From assembly GCA_029953675.1 (NCBI GenBank), contig JAMWBK010000003.1, forward strand, positions 1,860,001 to 1,924,000: a stretch of 64,000 bases of DNA. The letters run 5' to 3'. Below are positions 50,761-61,351 of this stretch, piece by piece; within the stretch, counting starts at the first letter, position 1, and every line of letters starts with the position of its first letter. Source of the stretch: Rhodosorus marinus CCMP1338 (lineage: Eukaryota; Plantae; Rhodophyta). The notes beneath the pieces are model-generated. The model was not told the origin of the DNA. It saw only the letters and a list, made by a program, of their open reading frames with translations, and did no database searches. The translations under genes were made by a program, and so were the position numbers.

Positions 50761-51220
50761 TTCCTCCGGAGGCTGACAAGCAAGGGCATCATCGGCTTTT
50801 TTCCCGGTGAGCGTGAAAGGTGGACATTGGTCTGAAGCATTTGATATGGGTATATGAATATTAGAATCCTGAACTATGTTGATAGGCCCCAGAAGATGAT
50901 GAGACGGAGGGATTGCACAGATGCAGGTTGTTTCAGGTTGTGCTTGTTTTTTTTTTTTTTTTGGTTGGTTCGATGTGTAAAAAGAAGAAACCAGTTTGTT
51001 CGAAGAGGAACGCGGCAACGCGTGAGTATATAAACAAAGGTACAAACAGCAAAAAAGAGCTAAGCGCCCTGGGCTGTTCTCCGCCGCGAAAAGTGAGAAA
51101 AGGTCATGGCGACGGCGTGGTGTTCTTGGCTTCAGCCCAGACATCAAGTAAATTTTGGGCGGGTTCACGATTTCAAGATTGAACGAAAACTAGCCAGCAA
51201 AAGGTCATTAGATTCATCCT

Positions 51221-52276
51221 TTAAAATCTTGGATTCCGCCTGCCGCTCGCCTCATCACGGAAGCGGAGTATATCTTCTCGACGTTGTGCTTGTGCTGCTG
51301 TGGAAGTCTGGATGGTGGTCTTAACAATCAGCACTGAAATCGTGACTAAAAGGAGAAGAATGGAGATCAGAAAGATCTGCCTTCGATGAGTTCGAAAGAA
51401 CCTGCCGCGGTGAGAACAAATAAAAACGGTGAAAATGGCATCCGGATCAGCGGGACAAGGTAGACGAGGGGATCTTCTAACACCGTGAATCCACGTACCT
51501 CATTGAAGACATTAACAGTCTCCTTGCCTTTTCCTGTTGAGCCTTCTGCTGCTTATCGTCTACATCAATCTCGGGCACATCTCCTCTACGTTGTGCTGAT
51601 ACCTTATCTCCATGTGCCCGTTCCTGAATACCAGATATGCCGAAATCAATCGTCACATCTCCTTTGGCATTCGTTGTCGTCCCAATCGGTTCTCCTCGTT
51701 CCGGAGGCGGTTGCCCAATGTTCGGAGCGATTTTCTTGACCCAAGGCAAGTCTTTCAACTTGGACCTTAGGTGGCTAGCTATCGAATTCTTATCTGTGGA
51801 TGAAGGAATCATGCTTGTCTGTGGTCAAGTTTGACAGTTGAGGTTTCAGCTTTCAAACCTATGAAATCTGGTTAAATTCAGGACTTTGCAGGTAACTGTA
51901 CCTCACAATGGGGACATTGACCATCTTCAGGAGGTTTGTTAGCAAGACAAGAATCCTCAACGATGGCTGAGAGTCCAAAAGTTGGACAAGAAACAAAGGT
52001 TTTTAGGTCAAAATCCATCTTCTTCGGAAACGGCGTGTACTGTTTCTCACCAAGACAAAAGAGCCGAGAGACTCCATCATCGGAAACCAGTTCCTCCGAG
52101 CAGATCACGCACTTTGGAGGCCATGGGTATGAGCTATCATTGACCCAATCCCGGTACGCCCCAACATGACAACGGGCATGACCTGGAGCGTCCACCAAGC
52201 AATCCACACACACAAACTCCTGGTGAACGTGACAGAAGTTCTGTGTCTGATTTCTACATGCAACACATCGACCCAT
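51221..52276 (-). CDS. ZFPL1: Zinc finger protein-like 1 (B-box-like Zn finger + RING-like domain + C-terminal TM anchor); 3 introns
   Basis: MGRCVAC..NFCHVHQEFVC.DCLV..H..C.VG.YRDW..DSSY..P.C.IC, LPW, and a spliced last exon QIFLISILLLLVTISVLIV...RNPRF*. Confidence 0.85.
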
Positions 52277-53313
52277 ATTCTAATACCTTAAAAGTCTCTC
52301 CAAGCGCTAAAAGATCTACTTCTACCAAACAAAGTTCCTCCCACGCACGGCGTACACTCCCGTCCCTATAAAACCCTAATCCTGAACACACCGATGTACA
52401 GGGCGTACCGCCACTGGCTACGTTGGCCTAAACTCAAGGGTGTACCTACGCATCACCAAGCAACTGTTTGGTAGGATTCATCTTCCAGAAAGGGATATAA
52501 AGACTCGAGATAATCGATAATCTCAGTGTTCGTTCCATTCCTATCCATCTTCAACAACCTCATCCCTCAAACATCCTTCCTTTCCTAACTTTCTTTATGA
52601 GCGAGGGCCGGGGGGTGGTGGGGAGTAGGGAGAGCAGTTTTCCCGTAGTATTCCGCGGTGATAGTCGTGGTCTTTCAAAAAACTCTAACTCATAAGTATT
52701 AGTCTACCTAGCATCTCCATAGCACAGCAGAACAGCCAGAGTAGGCATACCTGACCAAAATCCCAACCCACTCACAGTTAAAAATCAATCAATAAACAAA
52801 TCAATCAAAATCAACAATATCAGTATCTCGCACAATTTTTCCAACTAGATGAAAACCCCGACAAAAATTGCCTGTCCGCCTGACAGCACGTATGCTGTCG
52901 GAAGGATGACGCGGAGGGGGAGCCTCTGCTCGGTTATCACAGGGATACATATTAAAAACACGATAACTGTCACAAGATAGCAGTCAATTATAAACTAGAT
53001 TGAATATAATTTGCATTTTAAGATAAAGAAATCTCATACTAGATCTTAATATGTTCTTGTTTAGACGATAATGGAAGGTGACAGTTATCAAGTTTTTACG
53101 AAGCCCATATCATGGGTTTCCATGCGGTGTGGATGGGAAAACGGGAATTTGGATCCTATAAGGAGTGAGGGTGGTGGTTGGTGAGACTGTTGTAGAGGGT
53201 GGGAGAGTAGATGAGAAGTAGGTATGAAAAGAGGAGAGAGAACTGTTCTTCGGTTTTTTTTGTTGGTTTTTGCTGTATGTGATGAAGAGTTTTAGATTAC
53301 TATAGATAGTATT

Positions 53314-54795
53314 ATGGGAAAAGTGGGTGAGTATTTAGGAGGGTCGGTGATCTTGAGGACGGGATTGTTAGTTTGTGGAGCTTGGTTTATCTGGTTTTTT
53401 GTACTTAGAGGGGCATCTACAGGGACTCAGGTGATAGAGAGGAGGATTGAGGAGGAGTATTGCGAAAACGAAATGGGTGATGCGGAGTTGGTAAAGAACG
53501 TGAACAGGTTTGGGAGCGAGGTCTTCAAGCCTTTGGTTAGCTCCAATCCAGGTGAGAATGTGTTTTTTTCACCGGTGAGCATCGCTGCGGCGATGTCCAT
53601 GGTGAGGATGGGGGCTACACCGAGTTCGAGTGCAGAGAAGGAACTGGACAGGTACTTACCTTGTGCGGGAAGCCTGCTGAGAAAACTGGCAGACGAGCTC
53701 GAAATGGAAACTGACGACGTGCAGACCAAGTTCGCCAATTCTTTGTGGATGTCTGAGAACCTCAATCCTTCATACAAGGAACAGATACAGCAACTCAATG
53801 CGTTCACAGAACACCTGCCGGAAACTCCTGAGCCGATCAATAAATGGGTAAAGGCTTGAATCTGCTCCAGATAATGAGGAGCCCTTCCAACTAGCTAACT
53901 TATGCTTGACGATGTTTCGCGCCGAATCAGGTAGAGGCGCAGACCAACGGCTTGATCAAGGACTTATTGGACAAAATCCACCCGGACACGATTGCGATCC
54001 TTGTTAACGCGGTGTATTTCAGGGGCTTATGGGCTTTGCAGTTTTCACCAGAGGATACAACAGATCACCCGTTCGACCTCGCGAATGGGAAGAAAGAGAA
54101 CTGTAGGATGATGTCCCTCGTGAAAAATGTCATGTACCGCGAGTTGCCCAGTGGAGCAAAGAGCGTCAAGCTTTCATACGGTAAGATCGCATGCTATTTG
54201 GCGCATGAAAAAGACGAACTCATGTGGAAAGGTATTTTCCGGTCGCCCTTATCAGGCAAGAACCGGGAGTTTTATGCTGTACTGACCCTCCCACCGAAGG
54301 GGAAGGAGCCGAACCCGTATGAGGAAAATTCCAGTACAGAGTTTGAGATGAGGAAGGTCAGCGTAAAGATGCCCCGCTTCAAGGTCGAGTTTCAGAGCAG
54401 CGTGAAGGAGACCCTTCGTACTATCGGAATCGATGCTGTCTTTACCCAATTGGGGATGCTGAAGGGGATCTGCACGCGAGAGGATGCTTTCATCGGGGAC
54501 GTTGTCCACAAGGCTGTTGTGGAGGTACGCAGGCTACAAGGCCCGTACCGCAAGAGCCAAATAGCAAAAGAGCACTAGAGAGAGGCACTTACCTATATCT
54601 TCGTTTGCACTTTCCCAGGTCGACGAGTACGGCACCAAGGCTGCTGCAGCTACAGCGGTACTCATGATGACAACTAGCTTTGACCCCAGAGAACCCATAG
54701 AGTTTCTCGTTGATCGCCCCTTTGCGATTACGATCATGCACAAGTCCGGAATGGTGCTATTTTCCGGGGCTATCAATAATCCAGAATTTTACTGA
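53314..54795 (+). CDS. Serpin with an N-terminal transmembrane/signal-anchor segment; 3 introns
   Basis: NVFFSPVSI, INKW|V...TNGLIK, LVNAVYFRGLW...F....T, MPRFKVE, VVHKAVVE|VDEYGTKAAAAT hinge, F.VDRPF, LFSG.I.NP. Confidence 0.93.
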
Positions 54796-54995
54796 TTATC
54801 CTGCCGTTCACGTTCGTGAAACATAGTACAGACGTTCACCGTCATCTTAAAATATATCAATGTTCAAAGGATCCGCAGTTGGTGTTCCCAGTCGTGGTCA
54901 TTGGGTGAGCGAAGTCGAATAATTCGAGACAGACCTCCATTCGCTTGATTGGAATAGCGAGTGACATTCTAGCTCCATGAGAACACCAGGTAGCG

Positions 54996-55688
54996 TCAAA
55001 ACTCATCGGTCCTAATGTTGTCTATCCTTTCAGCTGCCAATGCTGATTTCGCAGCTGACAGTTCCAACTCCATCGCACTTATCTTCGCCTCACTGATCTC
55101 CATTTCATGACTACGAGATCTCAAAAGTTCCTCCAAATCCTTAACTCCAAGCTTGCTTGCACTGGACTCCTCCCGCGGTGTGTCTACATCGCCTCCTGTG
55201 TAGAAACCGTCCCCAGGCCCAGCGGCGTTAAGACTCAGATCAATCGCAATCGAGCTTTCGTAGTCCTGGAGCCTCCTAGACTGATCCTGAAGGCATTCGT
55301 TGGCATCTCTAAGTAGACCAACCAGAGAATCCATCGTACTGGTCGTCCGTGACCTTTCGTTCTCCATTCGTCTGAGTTTCTCCTCCGCTTGGACTCTCAA
55401 AGCACGCTCCCGACCATACATTTCTTTCAAGCTAACAACCTCTTTCAAAACCCTCCTTACCTTTCGCTTCTGTACCTTCAACTGCTCCACAAGCTCCTCC
55501 TTCTCCGCCTCCTCCACACCAACGCTCGACACATCATCAGCAAAGTAGTCCTCTAGAGCATCCTCGGCTCCGTACCCAGACGATTCACCCTCAATTACTC
55601 CCTTACTACTCCTATTTGGAACCGTCAATACCTTCCTAGTTGCCGCAAGAGCCTCCAGAGACTCCAATAGATCATCTACTTCATCCAT
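54996..55688 (-). CDS. Orphan acidic coiled-coil protein (230 aa)
   Basis: Stop-free ORF with an ATG start and E/K/L heptad-like composition. A G-rich tract lies upstream on the minus strand. No family recognised. Confidence 0.7.
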   Translation of the reverse strand: MDEVDDLLESLEALAATRKVLTVPNRSSKGVIEGESSGYGAEDALEDYFADDVSSVGVEEAEKEELVEQLKVQKRKVRRVLKEVVSLKEMYGRERALRVQAEEKLRRMENERSRTTSTMDSLVGLLRDANECLQDQSRRLQDYESSIAIDLSLNAAGPGDGFYTGGDVDTPREESSASKLGVKDLEELLRSRSHEMEISEAKISAMELELSAAKSALAAERIDNIRTDEF

Positions 55689-56069
55689 TCCTCGCCGTTA
55701 ACGCATAGTTCCTCATCTGCCTCTCCCCAATCCCATTCTCCCCAAACCCGCTCTCATTGCAGCTCACATGAAATCTCCTCTCTCTCTGTGTTCATTTCTA
55801 TGAGACCAGACAGCCTGTTGACTCGAGTATTCTTTTCGGACAGCTTGTCTGGGCGGAGGATCCTGAACAATGTTGGAATTTTGTCTCCATTCATATTGGC
55901 AATACATAGCAGAGGGAGGGGAGGGAGGGGAGGGAGGGGGGGGGGGGTGGGGTGGGTGGGGTTTTCGAAACATTCTCGGCTGCTTCCTTGGTCAGCGCAG
56001 CAGAGAAACTGATCCCTGTAGGAGAGGAAAATCAGTCGCCCCTGTACTAACTCGCCAGTGTGGTATACC

Positions 56070-56127
56070 ACTCTCATAGCCAACTATGAAGTACTCTTTG
56101 TGGACTTCCGTAGTTGGCTATGAGAGT
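56070..56127. other. Inverted repeat / hairpin (17-bp perfect stem extendable to ~23 bp)
   Basis: actctcatagccaacta ... tagttggctatgagagt. Confidence 0.85.
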
Positions 56128-59100
56128 TTGGCTAGGTGCTGTCCGCCGTTGTGAGCTGGGCCTATTCTCGGAAGACCTTGATTAGGGACAGAACCGTGAC
56201 AATTGCCGAATCCCATATCGCTTTCGTTGTATTGGACAGTCGAACTAGAATTTTCACGAACCAGCGAGCTCACAAGCCCAAAGCCTCATAGGTCACGATC
56301 ATTGGGAACAAGACTGCTAATCGAGTTTCTCAATACTCAGGACTAGTCTGCTCCGAAAAGGTGAGAACTTTGTTCAATTGACGCACCCCATGCGATATAG
56401 AAGCCACGTGGGCTAGCTCTTCGGAACCTGTTCCGACTACAACGCATACATCCGCACAACGCAGGCAAGCCTGTCCCGGTTCTATATGTCTTGACCGCCT
56501 GTCACTTTGGAAATGCACTCAAAGAATCGCACCGCGGAAAAGGATGGTAGTGCGATCTTATGCAGTCTCATCATTCACTCAACCCAGACAAGCCCAGCTA
56601 GGAACCATACGTTTTCCCAGTTTGTCGGGACAATCGTCGCTGCTGTTCCCGTCGGGTGATGTTCAGTTGAAAAAGTGTGGCAAGGCAGAATCTGAGCTTT
56701 CTAGGTTCCTAGTTGACGAAGCCCTTGTCGACCGACCTTGAATCCAGACAGTGAATTTCTCCGACCTTTGGAGTACGAGGTGAGGACCACGGGAGTCTGT
56801 TGTGGCCACGAAAAGCCTAATTATGAAAGACTCACTCGCTCTGTTACGTAGTAGGTTGCAAATTGAAAGATGAATAACCCTGCATACGTGTTTGCACTCT
56901 CGGAATTTGGTCACGAACGTCTTTCGGAGGAAGGGGGCCCCGTTTGAGATATATTCTGTGTCCGATGATGGTTGGCTCGGTCAAAAGTTCCTAGTCAAGG
57001 TTTTCCTTTTCTTTTCACTACCTTATACGTAAAGCTTCTCCAACCTTGTCGCGAGCTTGTACTATTTTATGTAAACCAACCCGATCCCCCATGGGGTTCT
57101 GAGAACGGACGGAGTGAATCGACAGAGTGGAAGCCCAGGCATCTGCTCCGGACTTATAGCGTGGTGCAGTCACAAGGGAAAGAACCAAATTCGTGTTCAT
57201 TTCAGAGACAATGAAGGCTGAGTTTTACAGGCTCGCCTCTCTGTTTTGATGCTCATTGGTACCTTGAAGACTGAACCTGTTGGAAGCCAGCTGGCTGCTT
57301 GGGACAAGAGATGCGCTATACGGTCATGCGCATACATACTATGCTTAAAGCGTAGTTCAAGAAGATACCAATGAAGCATGAGTGGGTCAGTACCGAGTTC
57401 TCAAGTCAAGGAAATTTCGACTCTATCTATTTTAAGTACACGTGTGCTGAGAATACCTATCCGTTTTTGACAACCACAACAACAGCCGAGGACCACGACC
57501 GGCCATCAAGAGAAATAAACAACGTGGGGGCTTCGTGAATGAGAGGTGAACAATGTGGCAACCGTGGGGATGAAAGCCATATCTGTCAACCCTTGAGACG
57601 CTGACTCGACGTGAACTAACTGCATCAACACAAGATCTTGTTGTTTGTTTTCAATGTCCGAGCCAATCAATCACAATAAGTGCCCCTTGACTTGCCCCTT
57701 AATGCCCTTTACCTCGTACTCTAGAGAATGAAATGAAACGTTCGCGCGTTAGAGCGTTCCCCTCAGCCAGAAGACGTGTTTTGTTCTGTAGTTCCCCTTC
57801 ACCTACCCAATCCAAACCCAGTGGACCACGAGCACAACCCGAGGATAGCAATACCAATTGACATAATATGCTCACATCCGAAGTAGTACGCTACTGTACA
57901 TGAGACGACCCATTCAAAATGGTATATTATTTATACTTTTTCCAATATATTTCCTCGTCTCCCGACTTTTGTTTCGAAACGGCTAATAATCATATTGAAA
58001 TGAAAGATGTCACACGATCTCTTCAAAAATTATCGTTAAAAATTGGATAATGGCTTTTTCGTGTATTTACGTAAAATTATATCGTAGTATTTTAGTAATA
58101 CTCTTTCGTAAATTAACCAATCCGTTTCGATAAAAACGCACCGAACCGTCGGTTCTGATTAGTGGGATTGTTTTTTGTGTAAATAATGCAATTGTCTAAG
58201 TATAGTTGAAATAAAATACCGTATCGAACTATCTTTATAATGATTTCCTGAAAACACGTAATTTGTTTGAATTTTGATGTTTTTCGATGCACTAAATTGA
58301 TTTGAAGCGACTCGATTCTATTTTATTATAAGGACAGAAAAAAGGGTTTTGGGACATGAAGAGCTCTGACATTTGGGACAAATAATATCCAGATATAGAA
58401 ATATTTTCCTCACAAGCTTCCCATTCATACAATAGGTGTACATATTTGCGCACTACTCTGAGAATTAGGTTGATCAAGGCTTGTATTCACCCTAGTCTAG
58501 GATTTGTTGTCGTGACTTATGGGCGGCATGACACCGGATCACATTATCGAAAATCCTTAAAAATGAGTACATTTTCCAAACAGAACTTCCGCACTGAATA
58601 CCATCATCCACCCCTTTACCCCCACCCCAAAACTCCACCGAACTGGAAGATCAAAACCGTCAGTACACGTTAGTTTTTCCAGCAGAAAACAGAAAACTAT
58701 AAACTTCTTAAAGTCCAATACAAGAGTTCTCGAAATCTTTTGCGGGCAGAAAAACTAAAAATATGTACAAAACCCCAAGCTCGGTAGGGGGGAGAGGCGG
58801 ACGGCGGGTGTTAACCAGTTTATCCAAAACAATTCCAGCCTCCCGCTCACCCATCACCTTTTTCCATACAATCTGCGATGAAAAAAACATAAAACCAAAA
58901 ACCTTTGGTTTTTTGGTTGCCTGATCACTCGACATTTTTAGAACGATTTACCCATAAAAATTTCTTTCATTAAAAGTTCTATTCCTACCCCCAAACCGTC
59001 CGCTTACCCACGTATTGCTAAAGCCCGTTCAGAGATCAACTCTGGATAAAAAGTTTATCTTTACATATAAATCATGGATATCATAATATGAAAAATATTT

Positions 59101-59251
59101 TTGCTCAGGTATAGAAAGTGCTACTCATTGATTATCGAATAAATTTATGGGGAAACGGAATTGAAACCGTTTTTTTTGTGGAAAACTGCTTATCACGCGC
59201 CTCATCCAACTTACTCTCGTAATATGTCCTAACACTTGACATAGGGGCAGG

Positions 59252-59306
59252 CGGTGGGAGGGGGTGGGGTGGGGTGGGGGGGGGGGTGTGTGTGTGTGTG
59301 TGTGCG
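59252..59306. repeat. G-run / (GT)n microsatellite
   Basis: ggggtggggtggggtgggggggggg followed by (gt)9. Confidence 0.9.
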
Positions 59307-60139
59307 CCGGAGGGGTTATTGAGAATCGTCAGTATGAGATATATAATGAAAATTATCTGAATATCTCAATAGTTTAGGTTTTTATGACATAAGGGCGACC
59401 CTCTCCTCTCTTTGTTCTAAGTTGACTATCATCAGCGGCAGTGAATGGATTCAGCTCGCGAAGAGGGGAGAGAGGGTGATAGGCAAATTCTGAGCAGCTC
59501 TGCGACCATAACCGTTCTATCTAGATCGAGAAATTTATCAGATTTATCGTTTAGGGGTGGTGGCTTTTCTGTGTTGGGTGAGTTCGTATCGACAATTAAG
59601 CGTGCTCGAGGGCTGTCTAGGAGTTTTACGTGTACTCTATCCAACGACCCAACCCCCCGGTGGCAGCTTCATCCCGCAACACGCTCGGGAGAGAGTAGGG
59701 GGGTTGTGTCAGCAAATTGTGGAAGGGTAATTGGCTGCTACTCTGAAAAGCGATTGAGGTACCAGGGCAGGTGGCCGTTAAGCCATACATTTTGGTGCAT
59801 TCGATCAGAAATGAGAGTAAAACTTAATAACGTGCTAATAGTTGATGTTCTTTGGAGCAGAACTAGCTCTCCCGTCTTGTATCTAATGCTGTCATGGGGT
59901 ACTTGGAGAACATTCTTTCGACGCGAGTGGGTGTCCGTAGCCTTTAAGATCATATAATATCTTAAAGGTGAGTTATTACTCACATTAAGTTTACTCGTCG
60001 GGGACTTGAGGGCTGTACAGGTGAAGGGAGAAGGGATTGCAGAGGACTGACGAAGAGGGTGAGGAGGTAGCGAGATCTGAACTCTGGTCTGGGAAGCTCT
60101 GGAGGTGGGAAGTTGCCACTGTCTATTTTCTCAAGACAA

Positions 60140-61351
60140 ATGAGGTTTGCATGGGTATTTCTTGCGTTCCTTCTTTGGACCACCCTGGTATCGTCCAAGA
60201 AGACTTGGCTGAAATGCGACGAGGATCTGAACAAGCAGATTCAGAAGGCAAGTCATGGTGATGTGCTTAAGGCGAACCCGACCTGCATGTATACTGTGGA
60301 CAAAGCGATAAAGATTCAGAAAAAGCTGAAACTCAGAAACATACGGGCGAAGCTGAAGGATGGAGTTGGGTTAACAGCAATTTTCAAGGTGCTCGCTGAA
60401 GGCGTTGTCATCCAAGATTTCGTTCTCTATGGCAACAAGAAGACGGTCTCCCAGCCAGATCGGATGTCTCTCATCTTGGTCTTTAGGAGCAAGTGTATCA
60501 TCAGGAGGGGTGTGTTCGTTGGTGCCACTCAGAACGGTGTGCTCGTCAGGCCCAGTGAGAACGGAAAAGAAATCGTTGGTGGACGATTGGAAGACCTCGT
60601 CGGGCGAGGCTGTATGCGTGATGTCGTATCAATCAGTACAAGGGACGCAGGTAAGTTGAAAACCAGAAGGATCGTTGTGAAAAACATCAAGGCCTACAAT
60701 AGTCCCAAAAAAGGCGCGGTGGAAGTCAGCGACGGAGCAAAGAACATTCGGGTGGAAAACATCTACGCCGAAGACTGCGTCTACGCTATAGATATCCAGG
60801 ACCACAACAAGGGCGCACTGGAGAAAAACAGTAGAATAAGGATATCAAATGTGCACGCAAAGAACAGCAAGTATGCGATTCATTCTCAGACATCGGATAT
60901 CGGACATAGCGATATCGTGATCTCCAACGTGAGGGCAGAGAACTGCAACCAAGCCATCTACTTGAAGAATATCGGAAAGTTGTCGATCGACGGTCTTGAT
61001 AGTATTGGTGGAAAGGGACAAGGCAACGGAGTTGAGCTGGACAACTGCAACGACCTGACTCTGAAGCACGTCAAGTTCGGATCAAAACAGGGCTCAAGTG
61101 CGGTCCTTTTGAAAAACTCGAGCAAGATCACTATCAACGATGTGGTGCTCAACAATGGATCCGGATTCAACTACGGTATAACCTTTATCGCGACCAAGTC
61201 CAAAAACTACCGAGGATTGACCATCGAAGATACTGATGTAACCGCGGCGAGGACGATTGGATTGAGAATCCTTGAGTTGGCTCCAAAGACTGAGCTCGGA
61301 GGTATTAAACTCAGCAACCTCCGGGGGACAATCATACCTGCCATCATCTAG
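60140..61351 (+). CDS. Secreted right-handed parallel beta-helix (pectin-lyase-like fold) protein; intronless
   Basis: Signal peptide MRFAWVFLAFLLWTTLVSS, followed by repeated I/V-x-I/V-x-N-I/V strands (NIRVENIYAEDC, RIRISNVHAKNS, DIVISNVRAENC, KITINDVVLNN). Confidence 0.85.
   Translation: MRFAWVFLAFLLWTTLVSSKKTWLKCDEDLNKQIQKASHGDVLKANPTCMYTVDKAIKIQKKLKLRNIRAKLKDGVGLTAIFKVLAEGVVIQDFVLYGNKKTVSQPDRMSLILVFRSKCIIRRGVFVGATQNGVLVRPSENGKEIVGGRLEDLVGRGCMRDVVSISTRDAGKLKTRRIVVKNIKAYNSPKKGAVEVSDGAKNIRVENIYAEDCVYAIDIQDHNKGALEKNSRIRISNVHAKNSKYAIHSQTSDIGHSDIVISNVRAENCNQAIYLKNIGKLSIDGLDSIGGKGQGNGVELDNCNDLTLKHVKFGSKQGSSAVLLKNSSKITINDVVLNNGSGFNYGITFIATKSKNYRGLTIEDTDVTAARTIGLRILELAPKTELGGIKLSNLRGTIIPAII

Noticed and set aside
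50186-50776. ORF with an RG/RC dipeptide repeat
   Set aside because: It is the wrong frame of the CWC22 last exon; splicing at 50174-50261 selects the RS frame.
59445-59957. 170-aa ORF upstream of the beta-helix gene
   Set aside because: No recognisable motifs or protein-like composition, and it lies in the probable promoter/UTR region.
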